Of a stretch of DNA of 62,414 nucleotides, positions 11,537-21,829 are shown piece after piece. Under the pieces are notes generated by a model. That model was not told the origin of the DNA and made no database searches. It was given only the letters and a program-made list of their open reading frames with translations. The stretch is from a virus. The DNA is taken from IMG/VR virus record IMGVR_UViG_3300034104_005761. One strand, written 5' to 3'. Numbering within the stretch: the stretch's first letter is position 1; each line of letters begins with the position of its first letter. Both the position numbers and the translations under genes were made by a program.

Positions 11537-11926
11537 TTGTCTAATTTTGAAGAAAACGATTTAAACAAACAGTTTTCTGAAATAATGAAATTGTCAAATA
11601 TAGAAGACTTTGATGAAATTGTTAAGTCAGAAGTTTTTAAATCCATAAAAGAAAACTTATTGCTTCTTTCAACTATAAATGAATTTGAGCAAAATATTCA
11701 ATCTGTTATATTCTCCATCTTAGAAGGAGATGAGCTAGACTTAACAGAAGATATGAAAGAAGCTCTATCTTCAATCTATAAATTAATGATAGACTATAAT
11801 GACTACATGTTGGAACTTCAAGAGGAAAACTTTGATATAATCTTTGAAGGTGAAGATGGAGTTAGAATAGAATTCGTTTTTGATGACGAAGATAATGATG
11901 ACGACGATATTGACAAAGATAATTAA
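11537..11926 (+). CDS. acidic hypothetical protein
   Basis: 129 aa ORF, Asp/Glu-rich C-terminus. Confidence 0.5.
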   Translation: MSNFEENDLNKQFSEIMKLSNIEDFDEIVKSEVFKSIKENLLLLSTINEFEQNIQSVIFSILEGDELDLTEDMKEALSSIYKLMIDYNDYMLELQEENFDIIFEGEDGVRIEFVFDDEDNDDDDIDKDN

Positions 11927-11942
11927 AAGAAAGATTAATTAA

Positions 11943-12671
11943 ATGAAAACTGAGATAGCATCTCAAATTGAAAACGAAGATATTATCTACGTTTTAGATA
12001 AAGGCTATGTAAGACTGGTTGATGTTATGGGTACAGACTTGTCTGTAGTGAATGCAGCAAGAGCTTCTTTTGCAAAAGAATCAAAAGAGATGACCACTAA
12101 AGACGGTAGACTTATAGATTTCTTAGCAAGAGAAGATCATATGTCTCCATTCCGCCATGCATTTATGACTTTTGAATTTAAGGCACCTTTGATGGTTGCA
12201 AGACAACATTGGAAGTATGTTGTTGGTTCTGATCATACAATGGACTCTTGGAATGAGTCCTCTAGAAGATACGTTACAATGGATCCAGAGTTTTATATTC
12301 CAACAGCAGAGCAATGGAGAATGGCAGCTGAAGACAAGAAGCAAGGATCTGCAGGTTTAGTTGGACCTTGGATCGGTGGTGTTATGACTACAGAGCTAAT
12401 GAAGTATATAGAGCAGGGTGAAGCTTTATATAATATGGCTATGGAAAATAATGTAACACCTGAACAAGCAAGATTATTCTTGCCTGCGTATGGTATGTAT
12501 GTTATATATAGATGGTCGTGTAGTTTGCAGTCAGCAGCTCTATTCTTGAATCAAAGACTATCTGAAGATTCACAGGTAGAAATTCAAGAGTACGCCAAAG
12601 CTGTATATAGACTTATTCAGCCTAAGTTCCCAGTGTCGGTTTCTACTTTAATTTCAAGAAGCAATGATTAA
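11943..12671 (+). CDS. thyX: flavin-dependent thymidylate synthase (divergent ThyX)
   Basis: MSPFRHAFMTFEFKAPLMVARQHWKYVVGSDHTMDSWNESSRRY. Confidence 0.85.
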   Translation: MKTEIASQIENEDIIYVLDKGYVRLVDVMGTDLSVVNAARASFAKESKEMTTKDGRLIDFLAREDHMSPFRHAFMTFEFKAPLMVARQHWKYVVGSDHTMDSWNESSRRYVTMDPEFYIPTAEQWRMAAEDKKQGSAGLVGPWIGGVMTTELMKYIEQGEALYNMAMENNVTPEQARLFLPAYGMYVIYRWSCSLQSAALFLNQRLSEDSQVEIQEYAKAVYRLIQPKFPVSVSTLISRSND

Positions 12672-12828
12672 AACATTAATTTTTTTAATAATATATTCTT
12701 TCTTTCTTAATTGGTGTATTAATATTCATGTCTCGATTAATGTAATGAAAGATAAAAAAATAAAGTTAGGATTAATATTATTTTCCTATCTACTTGCTTT
12801 CCTAAGTGGTCTTGTACTAGTTTTGTAA
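12664..12828 (+). CDS. small membrane protein (54 aa)
   Basis: MIKTLIFLIIYSFFLNWCINIHVSINVMKDKKIKLGLILFSYLLAFLSGLVLVL; fits the gap between thyX and dCMP deaminase. Confidence 0.45.
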   Translation: MIKTLIFLIIYSFFLNWCINIHVSINVMKDKKIKLGLILFSYLLAFLSGLVLVL

Positions 12829-12830
12829 TT

Positions 12831-13280
12831 ATGCAGCTGAAAAGAAAAGATAGGCAGTTTATGGATCTGTGTAAAGCTGCGTCAAGTATATTTTCTACAT
12901 GTAGTAAAAGAAAGTATTGTGCTGTCCTAGTAGACTCGTCTAATCACATAGTTGGTTTTGGGTACAATGGTGGTCCTAGTTCTTTTGAACATTGTGAGGA
13001 TGGGGGCTGTCCTAGGTTAACTCAAGACAGTCCTAATGGATCTTCTTACGATAATTGCATAGCAACCCATGCAGAAGCAAACGCTTTCTTACATAGTGAT
13101 TATAGTTCAAAGCCAACTAAAATCTACGTAAATGGACCACCCTGCTTTTCTTGTGCTAAACTAATATGCAACAGTACTGTTAAGGAAGTTTATTATCTAT
13201 CAGATAAAAAATACTTTCAATGGGAACAAATAAAATCTTTTTTAAACAAAGCAAATGTAAAAACTATCGAGGTTGAGTAA
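12831..13280 (+). CDS. deoxycytidylate (dCMP) deaminase family
   Basis: THAEANAFLH and GPPCFSCAK Zn-binding motifs. Confidence 0.88.
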   Translation: MQLKRKDRQFMDLCKAASSIFSTCSKRKYCAVLVDSSNHIVGFGYNGGPSSFEHCEDGGCPRLTQDSPNGSSYDNCIATHAEANAFLHSDYSSKPTKIYVNGPPCFSCAKLICNSTVKEVYYLSDKKYFQWEQIKSFLNKANVKTIEVE

Positions 13281-13519
13281 TGCCAGCATCTAAATTAAAT
13301 TATTTAGTTGTATATAAAAATCATAGTCAAGTATATGGTTGTTCTTCTAAGAAAATAGCAGTTGAATCTCCTCCTCCTGAGGGGTATTCAGAAAAAGATA
13401 AGCAAATATTATTTGTTAGTATGGAGCCAGATACGGATAATCTGTGTGTGTATCCAGTTGATAATTTCTTAGAAGAAGAAAAAATAGAAAAGAAAAGAAA
13501 GAAAAAAACAGATGACTAA
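13280..13519 (+). CDS. hypothetical protein
   Basis: 79 aa ORF, overlaps neighbouring stop/start. Confidence 0.4.
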   Translation: MPASKLNYLVVYKNHSQVYGCSSKKIAVESPPPEGYSEKDKQILFVSMEPDTDNLCVYPVDNFLEEEKIEKKRKKKTDD

Positions 13520-13754
13520 GAAAACCAGTCAGAAAAAAAAGGTAACATTAAAAATCGCTGCTGGACAAGCAGCTTTTGTTGCAGATCTATCTGTTCTTGA
13601 ACATATGATGAAAACGTATGTTGCTTTAGGAGATAGTGAGCATGAGCATGAATATAAGGATTACTGGTATAATATTGCTAAAGATATCAGAGAATGGATT
13701 AAAGAAACATATAATCCTTTAGAAGAAAGTTTTGATGATGAAGAAACTTGGTGA
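13512..13754 (+). CDS. hypothetical protein
   Basis: 80 aa ORF in operon. Confidence 0.4.
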   Translation: MTKKTSQKKKVTLKIAAGQAAFVADLSVLEHMMKTYVALGDSEHEHEYKDYWYNIAKDIREWIKETYNPLEESFDDEETW

Positions 13755-13994
13755 TAACTTTCTTCCAATATTTTGCTTGTCTCTTGGTATTTCGGCAATC
13801 ATCTTAGCTTTTAGAAATTCATCTGCAGCTAAATTAAAAACGGTAGATAATGCTGATTCAATTCAGTATGGAAATAGGCTAATAGAATTTTTTGAAAAAG
13901 AATCTATTGAGTCTATATATGATAAATACGAGAAATATATAAACATGGGAATAAGCCCTAAAAATGCCTTTGGCATGTTAACAGAGGAAAACAA

Positions 13995-14813
13995 ATGACT
14001 ATAGATTTATGTGTTGTAAATCACAATACAAGAACACTGTTGCAAAGATTTTTGGACTGCTTGCATTCAGACGTACAAAGTTCAAATGGCGCGCTCGTAA
14101 AAAATTGGAATTTATATATAACAGATAATGATTCTACGGATGATTTTGTACCTTGGTTAAGAGAAAATGAACATAGATATCTAATAGATAGAGTTTATTT
14201 AAGAAAAAACATAGGCTACTCTGCTGCGGTAAACATGATGGCAAATAATAGTTCAGCAGAAATAATTGGAATCTTAAATGGTGATGTTTGGATGTCTAAT
14301 GAAGATTGTTTGAATATAGAAAAAATCTTTGCAAATAATCCAGACATACATATTCTTGGTCCCAAGCAAAGAGATGAGAATGGTTATATAACACACGCTG
14401 GCATCATCGGTACAAATACAGAACCTAGACATAGAGGGTGGAGAGAGCATGATCCTCAGGATTCTTTGTATAGAGATCAGATAGAATGTGTCACAGTATC
14501 AGGTTCTGCATACTTTATTAGACGAGATGTTTGGGATGATTTGACAAACAATAAAAAGTATAGAGAGATGTACCCAAATGCAATTGGTGCATTCTTGCCA
14601 ACACCTCACTATTATGAAGAAACATGGTGCTCGTATTTTGCTCGCCACTTAGGCTACAATGTAGTGTATGATGGATCAGTCTCCATCGGTCATAGCTGGC
14701 ATGCTTCCACTCCTAAGCCAGGAGAGGGTGTAAGTAGAGCAGATCAACACTTCCCTATAAGTAGGGAGATTTTTAGAAAAGCCTGCGACTACATAGGAAT
14801 AGAAAGAGATTAA
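13995..14813 (+). CDS. family 2 glycosyltransferase
   Basis: NWNLYITDNDSTDD, LRKNIGYSAAVNMM, NGDVWMS (GT-A fold signature). Confidence 0.85.
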   Translation: MTIDLCVVNHNTRTLLQRFLDCLHSDVQSSNGALVKNWNLYITDNDSTDDFVPWLRENEHRYLIDRVYLRKNIGYSAAVNMMANNSSAEIIGILNGDVWMSNEDCLNIEKIFANNPDIHILGPKQRDENGYITHAGIIGTNTEPRHRGWREHDPQDSLYRDQIECVTVSGSAYFIRRDVWDDLTNNKKYREMYPNAIGAFLPTPHYYEETWCSYFARHLGYNVVYDGSVSIGHSWHASTPKPGEGVSRADQHFPISREIFRKACDYIGIERD

Positions 14814-14814
14814 A

Positions 14815-15786
14815 ATGAAACTAAGATCTTATGGATCTTTGTTTGCTGGAGTTGGTGGAATAGATTTAGGTTTAGACTCCGTCAATTTAGAATGTTTATT
14901 TCAAGTTGAAATAGATAAAAACTGTCAAGAAACATTGTCTTATCATTGGCCTAATGTACCTAGGTATGCTGACATAAAAGACGTAAGTGGATATGATCTT
15001 CCTTTTGTGGATATAATAACGTTTGGTTCACCATGTCAAGATTTATCCGTTGCAGGAAAAAGAGCTGGTCTTGACGGTGAAAGATCAGGTTTATTCTATG
15101 AGGCAACTAGAATCATTAAAGAAATGAGAGAAAAATCAAATGGACAATATCCAAAATGGTCTATCTGGGAGAATGTCACAGGGGCCTTATCGTCCAACGG
15201 AGGTGCCGACTTCGGGGAAGTCCTCTACGAAATGGATGAAGCAGGGGCGTGTTTCTCAGAGTGGGCAGTGCTGGATGCACAACACTTTGGAGTCCCCCAA
15301 CAACGTAGAAGAGTTTTCTTGCTCTCTTGCTTCGATCCTGCAACCGCTGGAAGATGTCCAAACCAAATATTACCTGTCAAAGAAAGCCTGCCAGGGAGTT
15401 CTAAGAAGAGCAGAAAAGAAGAATATTCCTCAGACATTGCGAACTGCCTTAGAAGTGGTGGTAGCGGAGGATTGCCTTCAAGCAGAGGAGAAAATTTAGT
15501 TGTTCAAAGAACAACTGCACAAGTTGTAGGAACAATAAATGCAAGAGACTTTAAGGGCGTTGGAAATCAATATGTCCAAGAGCATAAGTTAATAATAGAA
15601 GATGCTTCAATAGTCCGTCGCCTTACGCCGTTGGAATGTGAACGCCTTATGGGTTGGCCTGATAATCATACTTTAAATAGGGCTGACGGAAAAATTAACT
15701 CTGACTCTACACGATACAAAATGTGCGGCAATGGAGTTGCAAGTCCTGTGATAAAATGGGTAGCACAACAAATTATAAACATATAG
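14815..15786 (+). CDS. DNA (cytosine-5-) methyltransferase
   Basis: FAGVGGIDLG, GSPCQDLSVAGKR, IWENVTG, QRRRVFL, GNGVASPV. Confidence 0.93.
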   Translation: MKLRSYGSLFAGVGGIDLGLDSVNLECLFQVEIDKNCQETLSYHWPNVPRYADIKDVSGYDLPFVDIITFGSPCQDLSVAGKRAGLDGERSGLFYEATRIIKEMREKSNGQYPKWSIWENVTGALSSNGGADFGEVLYEMDEAGACFSEWAVLDAQHFGVPQQRRRVFLLSCFDPATAGRCPNQILPVKESLPGSSKKSRKEEYSSDIANCLRSGGSGGLPSSRGENLVVQRTTAQVVGTINARDFKGVGNQYVQEHKLIIEDASIVRRLTPLECERLMGWPDNHTLNRADGKINSDSTRYKMCGNGVASPVIKWVAQQIINI

Positions 15787-15798
15787 AAAGAAAAGAAA

Positions 15799-16200
15799 AT
15801 GACAGACAAATTAAATCCTTGGATCTATAATGCAGAAGTAAAAAAAGTAGTTGATGGCGATACATTTGATATTGTTATTGACTTAGGCTTTGATACTCTT
15901 AAAAAAGGTAGAGTACGTCTTTATGGCGTCAATACTCCAGAGAGCCGTACATCAAACATTGAAGAAAAGAAAATGGGCCTTGCAGCCAAAGAGTTTACAG
16001 ACCAGTGGTTAAAAGCTGCAAATCATAAAGTAAAAATAGAAACAATTATAGACAAAAACGAAAAGTATGGAAGAGTTCTTGCTAGAGTGTGGAATGATAA
16101 AGGGGCTTGTCTTAATACCGAAATAGTTGCTTCTGGTTTAGCTAGAGAGTATTATGGTGTTGGAGATAAAACATTCACTGAGTTTAAGAAAGATAAATAG
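15799..16200 (+). CDS. thermonuclease-like (SNase/TNase) nuclease
   Basis: VVDGDTFDIVI, GRVRLYGVNTPES, GRVLARVW. Confidence 0.9.
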   Translation: MTDKLNPWIYNAEVKKVVDGDTFDIVIDLGFDTLKKGRVRLYGVNTPESRTSNIEEKKMGLAAKEFTDQWLKAANHKVKIETIIDKNEKYGRVLARVWNDKGACLNTEIVASGLAREYYGVGDKTFTEFKKDK

Positions 16201-16604
16201 TGCAAACATTTTTACCATATCCAGATTTTATTAAATCAGTTCAAGTATTAGATTATCGTCGGTTAGGAAAACAACGTGTTGAAACATTTCAAGTTCTTAA
16301 TGTTCTACTCGAAAGAACGCATACGAAAGGCTGGCGCAACCATCCAGTCACTCGCATGTGGGCTGGTTACGAAGAAGCATTAAAGGTATATCAAAATCAT
16401 ACCATCGCTGAATGGATGAATAGAGGATATAAAAATAATATGAAATTTGAACAGGTTGATAGTTCATGTGTAATTTTGCCACCATGGTTTGGAGATGAAG
16501 AATTTCACCGTTCACATAGATCAAACCTTCTAAGAAAAGACTATGAATATTATTCTCAATACTTTGACGAACAATCAGATTTAGAGTATCTTTGGCCAGT
16601 ATGA
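16200..16604 (+). CDS. MSMEG_6728-type protein (family sometimes annotated as pyrimidine dimer DNA glycosylase)
   Basis: MQTFLPYPDFIKSVQVLDYRRLGKQRVE..GWRNHPVTRMWAGYEEAL. Confidence 0.75.
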   Translation: MQTFLPYPDFIKSVQVLDYRRLGKQRVETFQVLNVLLERTHTKGWRNHPVTRMWAGYEEALKVYQNHTIAEWMNRGYKNNMKFEQVDSSCVILPPWFGDEEFHRSHRSNLLRKDYEYYSQYFDEQSDLEYLWPV

Positions 16605-17005
16605 GTATTACAATTTTTCTTTCAGGAGCTATGGATTATGTCGGAGATTATGCAACTGGTTGGCGTAAAGAAGCATCTTTCATGTTAGGTCAAAGAGGTT
16701 ATAAAACATTTGATCCAACTTCTATACCAGAAGACAATTCAATGTCTGCAGAAGAGATAGCACAAAAGAATCTTTTTATGCAGGAAAGATCAGATATATT
16801 ATTAGTAGAATATATGCTTGAAGATAGAGCTTATATTGGCACTGATTTTGAAATGGCTTGGTCTAAAATTAATGGACAGCCAGTAATTGTTATGTGCGCT
16901 GATCAATATAAGGAAAGAGTCTACATGAAATATATGGCTACAAAAATAGTAAACACATTAGAAGATGCTGTAGAATATATAGCAACACATTACCCGATTA
17001 ATTAA
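16592..17005 (+). CDS. nucleoside 2-deoxyribosyltransferase-like protein
   Basis: MSITIFLSGAMDY..ERSDILLVEYMLEDRAYIGTDFEMAWSKINGQPVIVM. Confidence 0.6.
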   Translation: MASMSITIFLSGAMDYVGDYATGWRKEASFMLGQRGYKTFDPTSIPEDNSMSAEEIAQKNLFMQERSDILLVEYMLEDRAYIGTDFEMAWSKINGQPVIVMCADQYKERVYMKYMATKIVNTLEDAVEYIATHYPIN

Positions 17006-17017
17006 AGGAAATAAAAA

Positions 17018-18028
17018 ATGACAAAGAGAGTTCTTCTCACAGGTGCTGGCGGGTTTGTCGGACACCATACATTGGAACATATTTTTAAGACAACAGATTG
17101 GGATGTAGTTATTACTGACTCATTCCGTCATCGTGGAGTAACAGATAGAATTACATCTATCGGTTCATGGGAAGCTAATAGGCACCGTGTTCAGCTTGTT
17201 ACACATGATCTTACTGTTCCGTTTTCAGATGTTATGATTAAAGAAATTGGACACATTGATTATATTATTTCAATGGCATCTGATTCACATGTAGATAGAT
17301 CTATTACTGATCCAGCTCCATTTGTATTAAATAACGTAGCACTTGTTGTCAATATGCTTGAACTTGCACGTAAGATTCAGCCTGAAGTATTCCTGCATGT
17401 TTCAACAGATGAAGTATATGGACCTGCTCCAAAGGGTTATGCTCACAAAGAATGGGACACTATTCTTCCATCTAATCCATACTCTGGATCAAAGGCTGCG
17501 CAGGAAGCTGTGTGTATATCTTATTGGAGAACTTTCGGAGTGCCAGTAATTATCACTAATACTATGAACATTATTGGTGAGCGTCAGGATCCTGAGAAGT
17601 TTATTCCAAAGATCATGTATTGTCTCGAGAAGGATATTCCAATGACTATTCATGGTACACCAGAAAATATTGGATCTCGTTTTTACTTGCATGCAAGAAA
17701 TCAAGCTGATGCGTTACTGTTTATCTTGAAGAACCTTCCTGCAACAGATTATCCAAATTCAGATCGACCAGATAAGTATCACATCGTTGGTGAAAAAGAA
17801 ATAAATAATCTGGAGATGGCTGAGCTTGTAGCAAAGTATTGGGGTAAAGAACTTAAGTTTGAGTTTGAAGACTTCCATACTACAAGACCAGGACATGATC
17901 TTCGCTACGCTCTTGACGGTAAGAAGTTAGCAGATGCTGGATGGGTAGCTCCAATGCCGCTAGAAAAGTCTTTAGAGCTAACTGTTGAGTGGACTAAAGC
18001 TCATCCAGAATGGCTTTGGAGAGATTAA
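17018..18028 (+). CDS. NAD-dependent epimerase/dehydratase (dTDP-glucose 4,6-dehydratase-like)
   Basis: TGAGGFVGHHTLEHI, HVSTDEVYGPAPKG, NPYSGSKAAQE. Confidence 0.88.
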   Translation: MTKRVLLTGAGGFVGHHTLEHIFKTTDWDVVITDSFRHRGVTDRITSIGSWEANRHRVQLVTHDLTVPFSDVMIKEIGHIDYIISMASDSHVDRSITDPAPFVLNNVALVVNMLELARKIQPEVFLHVSTDEVYGPAPKGYAHKEWDTILPSNPYSGSKAAQEAVCISYWRTFGVPVIITNTMNIIGERQDPEKFIPKIMYCLEKDIPMTIHGTPENIGSRFYLHARNQADALLFILKNLPATDYPNSDRPDKYHIVGEKEINNLEMAELVAKYWGKELKFEFEDFHTTRPGHDLRYALDGKKLADAGWVAPMPLEKSLELTVEWTKAHPEWLWRD

Positions 18029-18126
18029 TCAAAAAAGTTTTTCTATACGTTGATTACATCAACTGATACTGATATACTAAAAGGGTAATACAAACAGGCT
18101 AACAAGCCACTAAAAAAAGGACAATT

Positions 18127-18309
18127 ATGTCAGATAACAAGTTCAAGTATTTTGAAGTAGTTACAACCGCTTTGGTTAAGGCTAATTCAAAGACCGATGC
18201 AGAGAAGCTCATCATGGGACGCCGTGGCGTTCAGGGTGAAGTACTCTCCAAGACTACTGACATTGAGCGAGTTTCAGCTGTTGAGGCTCGTGAAATGCTA
18301 GAGGTCTGA
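18127..18309 (+). CDS. small hypothetical protein
   Basis: 60 aa ORF followed by terminator hairpin. Confidence 0.5.
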   Translation: MSDNKFKYFEVVTTALVKANSKTDAEKLIMGRRGVQGEVLSKTTDIERVSAVEAREMLEV

Positions 18310-18326
18310 TAGACATATTGGTATGA

Positions 18327-18356
18327 AAGGGGCGGGGGTAATAACCCGCCCCTTCT
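18327..18356 (+). terminator. strong hairpin, likely terminator
   Basis: perfect 10-bp stem AAGGGGCGGG / CCCGCCCCTT directly after gene end. Confidence 0.75.
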
Positions 18357-18359
18357 TAC

Positions 18360-19067
18360 ATGAAAAGGATTAATATGATAATTGCACAAATGGTTGGAAA
18401 GAACGAATCAAAAAGATTCTTAGAACCAGTATTAAAAAGACTATCAGAACAAGTAGATAAAATTGTTTTTACTGATGATTGTTCAGATGACAATACAGCA
18501 GAAATAGCATCTAAGTATTGCGAAGTATTTGTAAATGAAAAATCCCTATTCGCTGAGCACGAAGGCATGCTTAGAGCAACTGCTTGGGGTAATTTAGAAA
18601 AGTTTGCTAATGTTGGCGATTGGATTGTTGCAATAGATTGCGACGAAATGTTGTATCACGTATCTAATAAAGATATTAGAGAAGTTCTTAAGGTTTCTCC
18701 ATACGATGTTGTTAATGTACGTTTTTATCACATGTGGAATAAAACTCAATATAGAGTTGATAAATTGTGGGCACCAAACTCTAGTTCAAGAATATTTAGA
18801 TTCAAAGAAAATGGTGGTTTCTACAATAAGAAACTAGCGTGTGGATCTGAACCAAGCTATGTTGTTGACTGGGTAAGACAAGCAAACTATTGGGTAGACT
18901 CTGGTCTCGCAATGCAGCATCTGGGCTATATTAAAGACAAAGATAAAAAAGCAAAGTATGAAAGATATTCACAATTAGATGGTGGACAGTTTCACAATCT
19001 AGATCACATTAACTCAATTATTGATAAAGACCCAGTCCTCATTGACTGGGGTAACTTTGGAATTTAG
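18360..19067 (+). CDS. family 2 glycosyltransferase
   Basis: VDKIVFTDDCSDDNTAEIASKY, DWIVAIDCDEM. Confidence 0.82.
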   Translation: MKRINMIIAQMVGKNESKRFLEPVLKRLSEQVDKIVFTDDCSDDNTAEIASKYCEVFVNEKSLFAEHEGMLRATAWGNLEKFANVGDWIVAIDCDEMLYHVSNKDIREVLKVSPYDVVNVRFYHMWNKTQYRVDKLWAPNSSSRIFRFKENGGFYNKKLACGSEPSYVVDWVRQANYWVDSGLAMQHLGYIKDKDKKAKYERYSQLDGGQFHNLDHINSIIDKDPVLIDWGNFGI

Positions 19068-19073
19068 GAAAAA

Positions 19074-19766
19074 ATGATAATTAGAAATCACGCAAAAACA
19101 ATTCAAGTATTAACGGAGAAGATGAATCAAAAAGAAAAGTTTGCTTTTGTAAACTTTCCTAGATCATCACTCATGGCAATTTCAGAAAGTATTAATAACG
19201 AGAAAAAGCCTAGTAAATACTTTACTAGATCTATAGTTAATTCATTCAATATTCAACACCCAAATTATATTAAAGGTGTTCCACCATCATTCGTTTATTC
19301 TGGAGAAGAAGATAATTTAGAGAAGTTATCTTCAGTATTAAAAGATAACGAATACTACGATTCAACAACTCTAGAACACTATTACTCTACTCAAGAAGAT
19401 ATATTTAAGTCTTTTGTAGATCATTATATTAGACATAGTTCTTTTGTTGTTGTCAGCTTTCATGATAAAAAGATCATCTCAAAAGTACTTGGAAATCCTG
19501 TTGACGTAATCAACGTTGCCTACAATGATTTCTATGATAAGACAGATAGTATTATCAAAACAATATCTAAGTACGAAGGTAAAATAGATTACTGTTTATT
19601 TGATTGCCCTCTACTTTCTTCAGCTCTTCCTCACAAGATGTGGAATGATTTAGACATGTCAATGATAGACCTTGGAAAAGTTTTCTCATTCGCAAGAACA
19701 AATTATCTTAATAAGATGAAGGAACGAGAGTATGAGAAAAAAGATAGGTACAAAAATTACAAGTGA
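19074..19766 (+). CDS. hypothetical protein
   Basis: 230 aa ORF next to glycosyltransferase. Confidence 0.5.
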   Translation: MIIRNHAKTIQVLTEKMNQKEKFAFVNFPRSSLMAISESINNEKKPSKYFTRSIVNSFNIQHPNYIKGVPPSFVYSGEEDNLEKLSSVLKDNEYYDSTTLEHYYSTQEDIFKSFVDHYIRHSSFVVVSFHDKKIISKVLGNPVDVINVAYNDFYDKTDSIIKTISKYEGKIDYCLFDCPLLSSALPHKMWNDLDMSMIDLGKVFSFARTNYLNKMKEREYEKKDRYKNYK

Positions 19767-20385
19767 TTCAGAAGATGATCTGTTTCTTACAGATCTACTA
19801 TTAGAATCAGATCTCAGCATTCCTCAGATAGCCAAAGAAGTTGGACTATCTATAAAAGATCTTAATAGAAAGATAAATCAATTAGGTTTATCTTGGATTA
19901 AAGAGCAAAAGAAGAAAACATCTAGAGGCCAATCTGCATTAACTTCGGTTATGAAGAAGTTACTTCCTAACGAAACTATAGTAAATGAGTTTCACATAGG
20001 GGAAAAATTAAGATTGGATGTCTACTGTCCTAGCTATAAACTAGCAGCAGAGTATCACGGTAGACAGCACTTTTATTATACTGAGAGATTTTTTGACTCT
20101 AAATATGAGTTTGAAGAAGCTCAAAAAAGAGATGTTAAAAAAGCTAACATGTGTAAAGAATTAGGTATAGCTCTTGTTGTCTTCAGATACAACGACTTGC
20201 TTACTGAGGAATCTGTTTATGCTAGAATGTTAGAAGCAATAAGAACTAGCCCTTGGCTGCATGAAGCTTCTAATAAAAATAGCATAACTCAAAATGCTTA
20301 TTATCAACAGCAGAAGCAAAAGCATCGTGAAAGACAAAGAGAAGCTTACAAAGCTATGAAGCAACGAAAGAAAAATCGTGATTGA
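19732..20385 (+). CDS. putative nuclease: N-terminal HTH plus PD-(D/E)XK/Vsr-like domain
   Basis: NEFHIGEKLRLDVYCPSYKLAAEYHGRQHF..RDVKKANMCKELGIALVVFRY. Confidence 0.6.
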   Translation: MRKKIGTKITSDSEDDLFLTDLLLESDLSIPQIAKEVGLSIKDLNRKINQLGLSWIKEQKKKTSRGQSALTSVMKKLLPNETIVNEFHIGEKLRLDVYCPSYKLAAEYHGRQHFYYTERFFDSKYEFEEAQKRDVKKANMCKELGIALVVFRYNDLLTEESVYARMLEAIRTSPWLHEASNKNSITQNAYYQQQKQKHRERQREAYKAMKQRKKNRD

Positions 20386-21829
20386 AGAACAAGATCAAAT
20401 AGAAGAATATCCAATTGAGTATCAGCTGTTTGCACTTTGTTTTAAGCAACACGGTGCGGTAGATTTCTTTAAGGAAAATTTAGGACCTGAAGAGGTTGGG
20501 TATATTCATGGTCAAAAAGGTTTACATGAATTATACGAAGCAATACTTTCTTATAAAGATAAAACCAATTTAGATATTGTTGATCCAATAGCCTTTAAGA
20601 CTTGGCTTGAGTCTGAAACTAATATTCACCAAGCAATTGGGGGAACTCATGGCGTAGAGTCTTTAATGGGTTCAATATTGTCAGTAGATCTTTCAACTGT
20701 AGAAGCAGTAACTAAAGTACTGAAACATAAAAACTCAAAGAAGAAACAGTTAGACTATTTAGAAGAACTTAGATATTTAGTATCAAGTAAGTCTCTTAAG
20801 AGTGATCAGCAAATAGAGAGAATAAATGAATTAGTCTCTATGGTTCAAGAGATTGAGAATGAAACTGACTACAATCCACTTGACAATGTAACTACTGCTA
20901 CTCAAATTGTAGATAGAATAGATTCACTACTAGATGTTCCAGACTTTTTGCCTACTCAATTTAAATCATTAAATAGAGCAATGGGATATACAGATGAGGG
21001 AGGATTCTTTAGAGGATCTGTACACGCTATCATTGCTCCATCAGGAAAAGGTAAAAGTACTTTTGCAAAATGTCTGGTTAATAACTGGGTTAGCAATGGC
21101 TACAGAGCTTTATACGTTAACTTTGAAGAAGCTCAATCTCATTGGGAAAGAATTCTAATGACCCAGGTTATAGGTCAAAACGTCTATGCTCACGCAGACA
21201 AGTGGAATGAAGATGATAGACGTAAATATACGACAATCTTTAAGAATAAAATGATTGAGTGGGGAGATAGGTTAATGGTTAAACATGACCCAGATACTCC
21301 ATACTTTGAGGACTTAGAAAAATGGCTTAGAGAAATCATTGGTTATGGCAAAGACATGCCTGATGTAGTCGTTATAGATACCATTCAGTCTATGTTTACT
21401 AGAGGTAAGGGAAAAGCTAGATGGGGCGAGTTTGAAGAAATGATGGTTAAACTAGAAAAGCTTGCCAGAGATATGAACTGCGCTTTGATTATTACTGCTC
21501 AAGAAAATGCAAACAGAATGAAAGAAAAAAGAGAAGTTGTTCAACAGTCTGATACAGGTGGATCTTTAGCTATTCAGCAGAAGTGTGCAGTAACAATATT
21601 CATAACTGAAAAAAGATTAGTCAGCGGTGATGAAACAGAAGATGAAAATATAATGCAGCTTCAAATACCAAAGAATAGAATAACTGGATCTACATTCGTA
21701 TATGATCCTCCATTGGTAAGATATGTAGATGCAAGAAAAGCCTATGAAGAGTATGAGATAGTAACAGAAGAATCTTATGACTCTGGCTCAATTTTAGATG
21801 ACCTAATAAACGGAGGATTATTCGACTAA
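20378..21829 (+). CDS. replicative DnaB-like helicase
   Basis: HAIIAPSGKGKSTFAKCLV, VVIDTIQSM, ALIITAQENANRMK. Confidence 0.88.
   Translation: MIEEQDQIEEYPIEYQLFALCFKQHGAVDFFKENLGPEEVGYIHGQKGLHELYEAILSYKDKTNLDIVDPIAFKTWLESETNIHQAIGGTHGVESLMGSILSVDLSTVEAVTKVLKHKNSKKKQLDYLEELRYLVSSKSLKSDQQIERINELVSMVQEIENETDYNPLDNVTTATQIVDRIDSLLDVPDFLPTQFKSLNRAMGYTDEGGFFRGSVHAIIAPSGKGKSTFAKCLVNNWVSNGYRALYVNFEEAQSHWERILMTQVIGQNVYAHADKWNEDDRRKYTTIFKNKMIEWGDRLMVKHDPDTPYFEDLEKWLREIIGYGKDMPDVVVIDTIQSMFTRGKGKARWGEFEEMMVKLEKLARDMNCALIITAQENANRMKEKREVVQQSDTGGSLAIQQKCAVTIFITEKRLVSGDETEDENIMQLQIPKNRITGSTFVYDPPLVRYVDARKAYEEYEIVTEESYDSGSILDDLINGGLFD

Noticed and set aside
14815-15786. Restriction-modification system around the cytosine methyltransferase
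   Set aside because: No recognisable partner restriction endonuclease nearby; the SNase-like and MSMEG_6728-type neighbours are more likely independent.
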